Positions 46,541 through 56,160 of a stretch of DNA of 64,000 nucleotides are shown here, in pieces (position 1 is the stretch's first letter; every line of letters begins with the position of its first letter). Below the pieces are notes generated by a model. That model ran no database searches and was not told where the DNA came from. It saw nothing but the letters and a program-made list of their open reading frames with translations. This DNA comes from Acetatifactor sp. (lineage in GTDB: Bacteria > Bacillota > Clostridia > Lachnospirales > Lachnospiraceae), in assembly GCA_024693365.1 (NCBI GenBank), contig JAILLF010000054.1, positions 2,149 to 66,148 on the forward strand, read 5' to 3'. The translations under genes and the position numbers were made by a program.

Positions 46541-48217
46541 CTAATCATTTGACTGTTGCTGTTTCATGCGGAATTTCTCTTCATACATCATTTTATCTGC
46601 CCTGCGAATGGTTGCGTGCACGTCCGCATCCTCTGCAGGATCATAAATGGCGTAACCACATGCGATTCCCATGTGAATGTCTCTGCTGTTGCGGTTAAAC
46701 TCGTCAACGCGGGCCCGCATTCTTTTTGCACGCTTTGCGCAGCCCTCCATCGTGTCATCCATCAAAATGGCGCCAAATTCATCGCCTCCCAACCGGAAGC
46801 AGCGCCCCCTGTCTCCAAAGCAATCCATGATGATTTTGGCACTCTCCTTAATGTACAGATCACCCTTGTCATGTCCCAGCTCATCGTTACACTTCTTGAG
46901 ATTATTTAAGTCAAAGGCCACCAAAATGCACTTCTTGGGGTCATATTCCTTCCCCCCCAAAAAGTCTGAATATGCAGCACGGTTGAAAAATCCCGTCAAT
47001 GCGTCATGATATGCAAGCTTCTTGTATTGCAGTGCCTGCATTCCAACCTCCATGCCCTTTTTGGATTCGCGGAGACGGTTGTAGATCAGGATCAAAAGGA
47101 AGATCAGGATCAGCAACATGCTCATCGGGAAATTTGTCACTCCCGTCGTTCCCAAATACGTGTACGCATCCAGTGACATCCATATAAGCCCTAATAAGGT
47201 AACAGCCAAGGCTGTCTTTGCATCCTTGTCAAAGCCCTCTTCCTTTGCGTAAACTCCAACCCCGACGATGCAACACAAAATGGTGATCACCATGCAGCCC
47301 TCTGAGATAAATATGGTCTCTCTAAAGTCTGCGACCCCAAAAAACTGTAGCAGAATAATCAAAATGATTCCTGCCAGAGTCACAACGTTTGGAACCTTCC
47401 ACGCCGTACTTTCATAGGTATTTAAGATATCATAGATCAGCTTCTTCATCATCAGAGGAAGAAACATCAAAACGATGAACGGCAAAATAGTAAGGATCGG
47501 GGCCTTACTGGCAAAAAGAGCGATAAAACTACTTTCCAGCACCTTCCAAAAGCCGATCACGATGGTAAACAGGGAATGCGATACGGCAATCGCCACCCGC
47601 TCCTCCTGATTTCTGCCGGCCAGTGCGACAATGATCTGGAAAACGCCGATCAAAATTACGCTTGCGCACAGAATTAAGATGGGCAGATTAGAAAACAAAA
47701 TCCTCTTGATGATCTCATATCCGTTACCAAAAAGCAATTCCGGCAAGGGATTCACGCCTTTGTAGATTGGCTCAACGTCGATGCGGACGTTCTTTCCGTT
47801 GTCAACGTCCTGAAAGACCACTTCGTTATAAACAATTCCCGGACTTTTCGGAAGGACCAGGCCGGGTGCCCTCTCCATCCGGTAGATTTCCTTTCCGTCC
47901 AAATAAACCCTGACGTTCTGATGCTCCGTCATGAAATATAACGTATCATAATCCGCATGCACGTCCTGCAAGCAAAACATCAAGATTGTTTTTTCACCCA
48001 CGGGAGCCTCATAGTCCTGAACGACCGTGTGGGAATAATCCGTAATCTCAACGCAGCCCGTCAGACTTTCCTTCCTCTGAACGGTCAGGCGAAGATTTAA
48101 CAGACCATATAAAAACAAGAACATAAACAGAATGCTCACAAAGCCATAGGCTCGAAATATCGTCTTTCTCATGAGTACGTTTATTCTCCGATTCGCGCTG
48201 CTGGTTACCGTTTCCAT
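46541..48217 (-). CDS. Diguanylate cyclase paralogue: sensor plus 7TM plus GGDEF
   Basis: 558 aa. FRLGGDEFGAIL motif. Same architecture as the downstream neighbour. Confidence 0.88.
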   Translation of the reverse strand: METVTSSANRRINVLMRKTIFRAYGFVSILFMFLFLYGLLNLRLTVQRKESLTGCVEITDYSHTVVQDYEAPVGEKTILMFCLQDVHADYDTLYFMTEHQNVRVYLDGKEIYRMERAPGLVLPKSPGIVYNEVVFQDVDNGKNVRIDVEPIYKGVNPLPELLFGNGYEIIKRILFSNLPILILCASVILIGVFQIIVALAGRNQEERVAIAVSHSLFTIVIGFWKVLESSFIALFASKAPILTILPFIVLMFLPLMMKKLIYDILNTYESTAWKVPNVVTLAGIILIILLQFFGVADFRETIFISEGCMVITILCCIVGVGVYAKEEGFDKDAKTALAVTLLGLIWMSLDAYTYLGTTGVTNFPMSMLLILIFLLILIYNRLRESKKGMEVGMQALQYKKLAYHDALTGFFNRAAYSDFLGGKEYDPKKCILVAFDLNNLKKCNDELGHDKGDLYIKESAKIIMDCFGDRGRCFRLGGDEFGAILMDDTMEGCAKRAKRMRARVDEFNRNSRDIHMGIACGYAIYDPAEDADVHATIRRADKMMYEEKFRMKQQQSND

Positions 48218-48221
48218 TGAG

Positions 48222-48259
48222 AAAATAAAAACACGGGAATTTGCATAAAATCCCGTGTT
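48222..48259 (-). terminator. Intrinsic terminator after the antiporter gene
   Basis: Minus strand aacacggga-(12 nt)-tcccgtgtt followed by TTTATTTTC. Confidence 0.6.
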
Positions 48260-48294
48260 AATTATATCACTTTTTTATTCACTTTTCAATAAAA

Positions 48295-49239
48295 CTATAA
48301 AATATATGCAAAGTATCCCGCGTATGCGAGTAGCATCACTAATCCACCGAGTCTGCCCAGCTTGTGATTCTTTACGACGCACAGGAAAAGTAATACAACC
48401 GTCACAATGGCAACGCAGCTGTCCAACAAGAAGGACTGAGCGTATGTCACCGGAGTGATCAGTGCGGTCGTTCCCGCCACAAAGAGAATGTTAAAGATAT
48501 TGCTTCCAACGATGTTGCCAACGGCAATGTCCGGTTTCTTCTTCAAGGCGGCAGTCACGCTGGTCACCAACTCCGGCAGCGACGTTCCAAATGCCACAAT
48601 GGTAAGACCAATAAAGCGCTCGTCCATGCCAAACATTTTCGCGATTTCCGTCGCAGCATCGATCGTCACGTTACTTCCAAACACGATCATTCCCGCGCCA
48701 ACGATCACCATGCCAAACAAAAACAGTACGGACCTTTTCTTTTCCTCCTTCTTCTCTTCTTCCTGCGGTGCATTTCCTTTCCTTGCCATCACCAAAAGAT
48801 ACAAAAGATACAGAATCATAAGACCCCAAAGGATTCCGCCCTCAAGCCTGTTTACCGCATTGTCCCAAAGGCCTAAGCCTGCAAGGGCAACCGTAACCAA
48901 TATGGTAAACGGGATTTCATACCGCACCGTGGATTTCTGCACCGGTATCGGACAAAGGAGCGAGGTCAGTCCCAGGATCACAAGCACGTTCAAGATATTA
49001 CTGCCCAGCACGTTACCAATCGTGATCGCCGCGCTTCCCTTCATTGCCGCGGAAATGCTGACTGCTGCTTCAGGAAGGGAAGTTCCCATTGCAACGATGG
49101 TAAGCCCGATCACAAGCTGCGGAATGCCAAGCCTGTCCGCGATTGATGCCGCGCCGTCCACAAACCAGTCCGCACCTTTTGTTAAAAGCAGAAAACCCAA
49201 AACCAGCAACAATGCCTGAAACCAAAACGTATTCATCAT
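48295..49239 (-). CDS. Ca2+/Na+ (CaCA family, YrbG-like) cation antiporter
   Basis: Two alpha-repeat regions (GTSLPE twice: AMGTSLPEAAVS and AFGTSLPELVTS). Start set at ATG 49239 after GGAAGGAAAG. Confidence 0.85.
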   Translation of the reverse strand: MMNTFWFQALLLVLGFLLLTKGADWFVDGAASIADRLGIPQLVIGLTIVAMGTSLPEAAVSISAAMKGSAAITIGNVLGSNILNVLVILGLTSLLCPIPVQKSTVRYEIPFTILVTVALAGLGLWDNAVNRLEGGILWGLMILYLLYLLVMARKGNAPQEEEKKEEKKRSVLFLFGMVIVGAGMIVFGSNVTIDAATEIAKMFGMDERFIGLTIVAFGTSLPELVTSVTAALKKKPDIAVGNIVGSNIFNILFVAGTTALITPVTYAQSFLLDSCVAIVTVVLLFLCVVKNHKLGRLGGLVMLLAYAGYFAYIL

Positions 49240-49261
49240 ATGCTTTCCTTCCTTGCAAATA

Positions 49262-49412
49262 ATAAGAAAGACTTTTAGCACTAAAGCGTGCTAAAAGTCT
49301 TGTTCTTCCTCGCCTTATCGATGAAGCGCGCAACCACGACGGGTGCGGCCAACCCATGGCCCAGAGCGTCGGGTTATGTTGATTGCGCGATGATAACTAC
49401 TCCCTCTTAACT
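49262..49412 (-). promoter_or_regulatory. Structured 5' leader with a terminator/attenuator hairpin upstream of the antiporter (unassigned riboswitch-like element)
   Basis: Nested stems cgcgcaa/ttgcgcg, cgacg/cgtcg and ggcca/tggcc. A 13-bp perfect hairpin follows (49269..49300), then UUCUUAUUAUUU, ending about 25 nt before the start codon. Confidence 0.5.
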
Positions 49413-49419
49413 AATTTGT

Positions 49420-49448
49420 AACATAGCATTTTTTGTTAAAATTGTCAA
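49420..49448 (-). promoter_or_regulatory. SigmaA-type promoter of the antiporter leader
   Basis: Minus strand TTGACA (49448..49443), 17-nt spacer, TATGTT (49425..49420). Confidence 0.55.
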
Positions 49449-49460
49449 GATAGTTTTGAC

Positions 49461-50783
49461 CTATTGCTTTGCCCTGGATTCCTCCAAAGATGAAAACAAC
49501 ATCTCAATCAACTCCTTATTCAGAACCACGGACTTTCCAAACGGATTGATCACGACACCGGAGATTTTCGGGTCATGAAGACCGTACGCGAGCACGTCCT
49601 GAATGGAACGGTTCACGCACACGCCTTGCTTCTTTCCCTTCGAGAGCTCCTGTTCATCCGTAAACATCGGAATCCATTCCTTGCCGCTCTGCTCCCGAAC
49701 CACATCGATGACCAGATGCATTTCACGGTTGTAAGTAAGTCCGTCGCCTGCTTTCTCCCTGGCCTTTACGTTGCCCGTTACCTTGTCCCTGATCCCGGAT
49801 TCTTCGTTCTTCTCATTTTCATCGCGCATGGGCGCAAAAGCCTGTCCGTCTTCCAGCATGCGCTGCAAAAGCGTATCGCGAAGGAGCAAGAAATTATCTT
49901 CATTTCCAATCTCATAAAAGGCATCTACCGCTCTCTTGATCCGGCGATTATCATCCGGAGAACTGATCTCCATGACCGGCTCTCTGTCGAGCATCTTATC
50001 GAAGCGCTCCAACACGCGAAGAAGCTTTCTGCTAAGGTACACTTCACCGCGCATGATCATTCCCAGCGGAATGCCGTAAAATGCCTCAGCCATGGAGCCT
50101 GCAATGGCTGCCAGCGTGTCAGTGTCACCACCCAGGGAAACCGCATTCCGGATCACGTCCTCGAAATTCTTGCCCTCCAGGAACGCAATAATCGCTTCCG
50201 GAACGGTATGCATGCAATCTTCCACGTGATGATAGCCCGGCCTGATCTCATCAAGCGTTCTCGAGAGATTATAACCAAACTCCTTTTCCACGTACTTCTT
50301 GATCTCACTCTTTGAGGTCTCATTTCTGGCCAAAAAGATCACGCTCGCCGTTGCCTCGGCACCCTTGATGCCTTCCGGGTGGTCATGCGTCACCCTCGCG
50401 GTTGCCGCCGCCACTTCCCTCGTCCGGTCAACGGTATTGTAAAGCCATCCTGCCGCGCTCACGCGCATTGCGCTGCCATTGCCATAGCTGTGATACGGCT
50501 TGGCAAGCTCGCCAAGGTGAAGCCACTGGTAAAATCTTCCGCCATATCCCGCATCCGGGTATTTGTGCCCCCATTTTTGCATGGACGCGGTCACTTTCTT
50601 CTCAATCTCCTCCACGGAAGCATCAATCCCGGCATCCATTAACGCTTCGCCAACCGCAATGGTCATGACGGTGTCGTCCGTAAAGTAACTCTTCACTGAA
50701 AAGAGCTCAAATTCCTTCGATTTGTTCCCCATGTCAAACTCGAAGGGACTGCCTATGATATCCCCCAAAATCGCCCCGTACAT
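49461..50783 (-). CDS. ADP-ribosylglycohydrolase domain fused to an SseB-like C-terminal domain
   Basis: N-terminus MYGAILGDIIGSPFEF...FTDDTVMT and GGDTDTLAAIAGS are ARH-family hallmarks. The C-terminal ~120 aa (WIPMFTDEQEL...VVINPFGKSVVL) resembles the SseB family. Confidence 0.75.
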   Translation of the reverse strand: MYGAILGDIIGSPFEFDMGNKSKEFELFSVKSYFTDDTVMTIAVGEALMDAGIDASVEEIEKKVTASMQKWGHKYPDAGYGGRFYQWLHLGELAKPYHSYGNGSAMRVSAAGWLYNTVDRTREVAAATARVTHDHPEGIKGAEATASVIFLARNETSKSEIKKYVEKEFGYNLSRTLDEIRPGYHHVEDCMHTVPEAIIAFLEGKNFEDVIRNAVSLGGDTDTLAAIAGSMAEAFYGIPLGMIMRGEVYLSRKLLRVLERFDKMLDREPVMEISSPDDNRRIKRAVDAFYEIGNEDNFLLLRDTLLQRMLEDGQAFAPMRDENEKNEESGIRDKVTGNVKAREKAGDGLTYNREMHLVIDVVREQSGKEWIPMFTDEQELSKGKKQGVCVNRSIQDVLAYGLHDPKISGVVINPFGKSVVLNKELIEMLFSSLEESRAKQ

Positions 50784-50871
50784 TCTACCTCCTCTGACCG
50801 CTTTGAGCCGGTCAACACTCCAAAATTTTACCCCAATTCTCTTTTATTTTACCCACAATGGCATACCCTTG

Positions 50872-52494
50872 TCAACGTGCGTTTTCCATGTCCGCGGTAC
50901 ATTCGGACGCAGTTTGGCCGAATAGTCCCAGATCATACAGATGACCATAATAGTCGGTGTTCAAAACGTTTTTGCAGAAGTCATATTTCTTTCCAACGAG
51001 ATTTTTCACCGTCTTCACGTAATCCTCCGGAAGCTCAGTGTTTTCATCATAGGGTACAAACTTTCCCTTCTTGCAGATTCCCAGATCCGTCTTCCAATTG
51101 CTGCGGTCCAAAATGGCAATCGGCATGGCGTCAGAGAACACGTCCCTGCCCGGCAAAAGCCTGGAATCCCATTCCGTCCCAAAGAGATTCGAGAGCGTCG
51201 GCAACACGTCAATGCTGCCTACGGGATCACTGACAACGATCGGATCATATTCCTCGAGACACCCGCACCAAAGGATTAGGCGATTGTGATCCCTTTGGAA
51301 CACGTTCTCCACCTTTTCGCCGTATAATTCCGAAAGATACTTCATGTTCCCGTAGCCGGCACTGCTGCCGCCGTCAAGCCCGTAAGGATAGTGATCCGCG
51401 CTGATCACGATCACGGTATCGTTTGCAATCCCTTTTTCCTCGAGCCGTGCCACAAGATACGTCAGCGCATCCTCAAAATCCAGGTTTGCCGCCAAATATG
51501 CCTTGATCGGCGTCGATCCCTCCACGTCCGCAACCCGGTCCTTGTGCTTCTTCGCCATGGCATTGCTGTTAAAACCATAATTACTGTGCCCGCTCACGGA
51601 CATGTAATAAATATTAAAATGCTCCTGATCAATATACTCCGGGATCGTTCCCACAAACATGTCGCAGTCGCTCTCCGGCCAGGTCGGTCTGATAAATTTC
51701 TCCATGCCGTTGCCATATGCCATATAGCCTTCGGAATAGCCGAGATTATTGTGAGTCTTGTCCCTGTCGTACATGGTGTAGTTGCCGTTGTGATAAGCCT
51801 TGCCGAAATATCCCAGGCGGTTCAGCTGATTTCCCATGGTAAAATAATTATTTTGCGTTGCCGTCCTCTTCACGGAGCTGCCGCCTAGGACCGGAAAGAA
51901 TCCAAAGATATTCTGGCATTCCCCGCCCGTCGTTCCGGCGCCCGCGGGCTGATAGTAATCCGTGAACTGGATTCCTTTTGTCGCCAGACGGTAAAGCGTC
52001 GGCGTCAAATTCTCATCTATGACCTCTGCCGTAAATGCTTCCGCCGAGATGAAAATCAAATTCTTTCCGGCAAAGAGCCCCGTCATGCCATTCTTTTTCG
52101 AAGGCGTCAGCGAAGCTACGAAGGCATCGATCTGCTTGAAGTTTGCGCCGTCTGACGCTGCCAAGGCATCAAAGTCAATCTCCATCTTACTCTCTTCATC
52201 CAAAACTGTCTTTGACAGCGTGATCATATAATCTGACGGGATGGGCGTTGGCGTCGGCTCCGGGGTTGGTTCGGGCGTCGGTTCCGGCGTCGGAATCGGC
52301 ATATGATCCGGAGTCGTTGTTTCTCCAGGCCCCGCCGTATTGGTCGCCGCCACGGTCTCACTCGTCACCTGCGGCGCGTCTGCCGTCGACCCGTCCGTTT
52401 GTCCCGCATTCTTTTCACAGCCGGAAAACGCAACAAGCAACGCTGCGCCTGCCGCAATTAAAGTAATTCCAACCTTTCCGCTACGACGTTTCAT
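50872..52494 (-). CDS. Sulfatase/LTA-synthase-family (alkaline phosphatase superfamily) lipoprotein with a Pro/Thr/Glu linker
   Basis: Lipobox AFSGC, PTPEPTPEPTPEPTPTP linker, sulfatase-type core (ISADHYPYG). Confidence 0.75.
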   Translation of the reverse strand: MKRRSGKVGITLIAAGAALLVAFSGCEKNAGQTDGSTADAPQVTSETVAATNTAGPGETTTPDHMPIPTPEPTPEPTPEPTPTPIPSDYMITLSKTVLDEESKMEIDFDALAASDGANFKQIDAFVASLTPSKKNGMTGLFAGKNLIFISAEAFTAEVIDENLTPTLYRLATKGIQFTDYYQPAGAGTTGGECQNIFGFFPVLGGSSVKRTATQNNYFTMGNQLNRLGYFGKAYHNGNYTMYDRDKTHNNLGYSEGYMAYGNGMEKFIRPTWPESDCDMFVGTIPEYIDQEHFNIYYMSVSGHSNYGFNSNAMAKKHKDRVADVEGSTPIKAYLAANLDFEDALTYLVARLEEKGIANDTVIVISADHYPYGLDGGSSAGYGNMKYLSELYGEKVENVFQRDHNRLILWCGCLEEYDPIVVSDPVGSIDVLPTLSNLFGTEWDSRLLPGRDVFSDAMPIAILDRSNWKTDLGICKKGKFVPYDENTELPEDYVKTVKNLVGKKYDFCKNVLNTDYYGHLYDLGLFGQTASECTADMENAR

Positions 52495-52509
52495 TTTCCC
52501 GCCCCTCCG

Positions 52510-54696
52510 TCATTCTCCTTTTTCTTCTTGGCAAGCCTGTGTTATTTCCTCGCCCAAATATTTCCGGTTCTCTTCCTCGATGAGTCTTTGGATCCAATCT
52601 TTATCCACCAATTGATCCAGCGCGTCTGCCAATGCGGACTCATCCGCGAACACGTCAAATTCCTGTTGCTTTCGCTCCAACATCATCACCATGCTTTCAT
52701 CCACGGTATTTTCACAGAGCAAGTGATAAACCAATACGTTGCGCACCTGTCCCATGCGATAAACACGTGAGATTGCCTGATTTGTCAGGGAAGGTTTTAT
52801 CTGTGGTTCACAAAAGATAACGACGCTGGCGGACTGCACGTTCAGTCCCGTACCTCCTGCCTGAATCTGACAGATTACGGCACTCCCCGCCGGAGCATGC
52901 GTCAGTCTGTCAATCACGTCCTGCCGCTGCGTGACCTCCGTGCTTCCCGTGATGGTGCCGATGCACCGCTCTCCCAAAAGCGCTTCCACCTTGTCAATTG
53001 TCTCACGGAAGAAGGAATAGATCACCATCTTTCTTCCATCCTCCATCGCATCATGACATATCTCCAGAAGGCGCCGGGCCTTGGAGGACGTCTCCGCGTC
53101 TTCCCATAAAAATGCAACCCGCCGCATGGAATTAAAGCTCTTTGCCTCAACGGCACGTACATATTCCGCGCGATCTTCCGGCGTGAGTTCACACCATTCC
53201 TGCATCTCTTCTATGGGCGGCAGTTCCTCCAGCACCTGTTCCCGCTGCCTGCGCAGATATACCGGCGAAAGCAGTTCCCGGAATTCCGGTGCATGACTCA
53301 TAAAGGCATTCTTCCGCACTTCCTGCACCATGTCGGGGCGAAGGAATTCAATCAATGAACACATCTCTTCCACCTTATTTTCCAAAGGTGTTCCCGTCAT
53401 CATCAGGATTCTGTCCGACTCTTCATTCAGGGCATGCACGTGCTGGGTTCTTTGCGCATCTGGATTTTTTACGTAATGCGCCTCATCGATCACCAGCATG
53501 GCAAGCCGCATTTTTTTATCGATCTCCCAAACGAACTTTCCCATGCTCTCGAAGTTTGTGACTGCCACGCCGCCTTCCTCGCGCCACGCCGCAAACTCCC
53601 TCTCCCATGCACTTCCATGAAGCAGGTATGCTTCCATTTCACTAAATTTCTTAATCTCCCTGCACCAATTGATCAGAACGGACGCAGGACAAACGACCAA
53701 GAATTTTCTCTTCGGGTCTCCGGCGTAAACGTCACACATGGCAGCGATCGCCTGCACGGTTTTCCCAAGTCCCATTTCGTCTCCCAAAAGAACCCTTCTT
53801 TCAAACAAAACGTACTTCGCGCCAAAGAGCTGATAGGATCTGAGATTCCCCTTAAAGCAACTCAATTCGATCGGGGATTCGTCAATGGCTGCTGCCAGCT
53901 GGGCCGGAATGCTGCTGTAAATCAGTGCATTCTCCCGCGCCGACCCGCCATACGTTTCAAGCAACGCATAATAATCCGCACTGGATTCTTCAAAATCTCT
54001 TAAGCAATTCTCCAAAGTCATGTCATGAATCTCATGATATGCGTTTGCCCAGCTTCTTACCTCGTCACAATCTCCTCCGCCCAATAGTCTTTCCAGATCC
54101 TGGGCGGCCTTAGCCGTGCGCTCCTTAGAATCCTTTGCGGCAAAGAACCAGTGAAATCCATTTTTAATTTCAATTCCGGGGAGCACGTAAGTTACGCCCT
54201 GGCGGAATCTTTCTCCCACTTCCTTCACCATCGACCGGACGTGATTGCCCTTACGCAATCTGGAGATTGCCATGAGAAGCTCTGCATTGGGGATTTCACC
54301 CTCCGCCGTTTTCTCAAGCGAAAACCTTACGTGCACGTGCTTCGCCATGCTGTTGACAAATTCCGTAATAACGCTCCGAATGGCCTCCGCCTGTTTTTCT
54401 CCAATGCCATTGACCGCCGTAAGTTCCCAGTCCTTTAATCTGGCAAGCTGAAACAAATTGTCATACCCCGCCTCCCGCAGGGCTGACGTCCGGATGCCAG
54501 ACTTAGAGTTTTTTAACTCGTCCACGGAGATTCCTTCCAATGCCTCTAAGGCCCTTAGTCCGATCAGCCTGGAGCATTCCTCTTCCACTTCTTTTTCCTG
54601 GCGTTTTTGGTCATCACTCATAAACTGAACGTAATCGCTCAGTTCCTTTGCAGACTGCATCAATTGTTTGACGTGGTTAAAATCTAATTTCTTCAT
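52510..54696 (-). CDS. SNF2-family DEAD/DEAH-box helicase with an N-terminal HhH-like region
   Basis: Motif I DEMGLGKT, motif II VIDEAHYVKN, C-terminal helicase motifs (QAISRVYRMGQ). Confidence 0.88.
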   Translation of the reverse strand: MKKLDFNHVKQLMQSAKELSDYVQFMSDDQKRQEKEVEEECSRLIGLRALEALEGISVDELKNSKSGIRTSALREAGYDNLFQLARLKDWELTAVNGIGEKQAEAIRSVITEFVNSMAKHVHVRFSLEKTAEGEIPNAELLMAISRLRKGNHVRSMVKEVGERFRQGVTYVLPGIEIKNGFHWFFAAKDSKERTAKAAQDLERLLGGGDCDEVRSWANAYHEIHDMTLENCLRDFEESSADYYALLETYGGSARENALIYSSIPAQLAAAIDESPIELSCFKGNLRSYQLFGAKYVLFERRVLLGDEMGLGKTVQAIAAMCDVYAGDPKRKFLVVCPASVLINWCREIKKFSEMEAYLLHGSAWEREFAAWREEGGVAVTNFESMGKFVWEIDKKMRLAMLVIDEAHYVKNPDAQRTQHVHALNEESDRILMMTGTPLENKVEEMCSLIEFLRPDMVQEVRKNAFMSHAPEFRELLSPVYLRRQREQVLEELPPIEEMQEWCELTPEDRAEYVRAVEAKSFNSMRRVAFLWEDAETSSKARRLLEICHDAMEDGRKMVIYSFFRETIDKVEALLGERCIGTITGSTEVTQRQDVIDRLTHAPAGSAVICQIQAGGTGLNVQSASVVIFCEPQIKPSLTNQAISRVYRMGQVRNVLVYHLLCENTVDESMVMMLERKQQEFDVFADESALADALDQLVDKDWIQRLIEEENRKYLGEEITQACQEEKGE

Positions 54697-54822
54697 GCCG
54701 CCCTCCGCACCACGTTCATTTTATCATTTTTTGTTATGATTCACAAGGATTTTACCAGCCGTCTTGACGAAAAAGACGCTTTGATCTAAAATAATCTCCG
54801 CGCACTAAATAGGAGATACGTT

Positions 54823-56160
54823 ATGACGGAAGGTTCCATTTCAAAAAAAATACTGCTGTTTGCACTCCCCTTATTTCTCGGGCAGCTCTTACAGCAGTTA
54901 TATAACATTGCAGATTCCATGATCGTAGGAAAATATCTTGGTACGGATGCGCTTGCGGCCGTCACTTCCTCCGGAAGCCTGATCTTTTTGCTCGTCGGAT
55001 TTATCAACGGACTTTTTATGGGTTCCACCGTCATCATCGGCCGCCGGAACGGTGAAAAGGATGAGGCGGGAATCAGCCGCGCGGCGCACACCTCCGTGGC
55101 ATTCGGACTGATTGCCGGACTTGCGCTTACCCTGGCAGGCGTAACGATCACGCCGCTCCTTCTAAAGCTTATGGGGACGCCGGAGAACGTCATGCCAAAT
55201 TCCGTTTTGTACTTCCGCATTTACTTTCTCGGCGGCCTGTCCAACGTAATTTACAACACCTGCTGCGGCATTTTTCAGGCCATGGGAGATTCCAGGCGCC
55301 CCCTGCATTACTTGATTGTCAGCGCCATCACCAACGTCCTGCTGGACCTGTTATTTGTTGCAGTGCTTGGCTTTGGCGTTGGTTCCGCTGCTGCTGCCAC
55401 GGCACTCTCCCAGACGCTGAGCGCATGCCTTGCGTTTACGCGGCTTTTACGCGAAAAGGGCCCGCATCGCATTCATCTTTCGAAGATCAAGATTGATGCC
55501 CCGCTTCTTTCCGCGGAGCTAAAAATCGGTTTTCCCACGGCGATCCAAAACAGCGTGATCGCCATCGCCAACGTGGTTGTACAGTCTAATATCAATGCCT
55601 TTGGCTCCACCGCCATGGCTGGGAGCGGCAGCTATTTCAAGGTGGAGGGCTTTGCCTTCCTGCCCATCATGAGCTTTAGCATGGCTCTCACGACCTTCAC
55701 CTCACAAAACATGGGCGCGCAAAAGTTCGACCGCGCAAAGAAGGGAACACGCTTTGGCATTTTCATGGGCGTTGCCTGCGCGGAGCTGATCGGTCTTTTG
55801 TTCTTCCTGTTTGCGCCGGTCATGATCGGCCTCTTTTCCAAAGAACCTGACGTCATCGCGATCGGCGTTCGCCAAGCCCACGTGGAAACCTTATTTTACT
55901 GTCTGCTCGCACTCTCCCACTGCATGGCCGGGATCCTGCGCGGCGCCGGAAAAACTTCCGTCCCGATGATCATCATGCTGGCCTGCTGGTGTTTGATCCG
56001 CATCACCTACATCACCATCGCGGTGCGCTTTTTCCCAGACATCCGGACAATCTTTATCGCCTACCCGCTGACCTGGTCCCTCAGTTCGATCCTGTTTACC
56101 ATTTACTACGTCAAGGCCGATTGGGTGCACGCCTTTCAGCGAAAGAAAGAAGATCTATAA
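54823..56160 (+). CDS. MATE family efflux transporter
   Basis: 445 aa, 12 TM, typical N-terminus ILLFALPLFLGQLLQQLYNIADSMIVG. Confidence 0.9.
   Translation: MTEGSISKKILLFALPLFLGQLLQQLYNIADSMIVGKYLGTDALAAVTSSGSLIFLLVGFINGLFMGSTVIIGRRNGEKDEAGISRAAHTSVAFGLIAGLALTLAGVTITPLLLKLMGTPENVMPNSVLYFRIYFLGGLSNVIYNTCCGIFQAMGDSRRPLHYLIVSAITNVLLDLLFVAVLGFGVGSAAAATALSQTLSACLAFTRLLREKGPHRIHLSKIKIDAPLLSAELKIGFPTAIQNSVIAIANVVVQSNINAFGSTAMAGSGSYFKVEGFAFLPIMSFSMALTTFTSQNMGAQKFDRAKKGTRFGIFMGVACAELIGLLFFLFAPVMIGLFSKEPDVIAIGVRQAHVETLFYCLLALSHCMAGILRGAGKTSVPMIIMLACWCLIRITYITIAVRFFPDIRTIFIAYPLTWSLSSILFTIYYVKADWVHAFQRKKEDL

Noticed and set aside
49262-49412. Confident assignment of the antiporter leader to the yybP-ykoY Mn2+ riboswitch family
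   Set aside because: Only short similarities are present (GGGAGUAG, CAACAUAA). The order of these elements relative to the helices does not match the four-helix architecture I recall, and I cannot run a covariance model. Kept as an unassigned attenuator.
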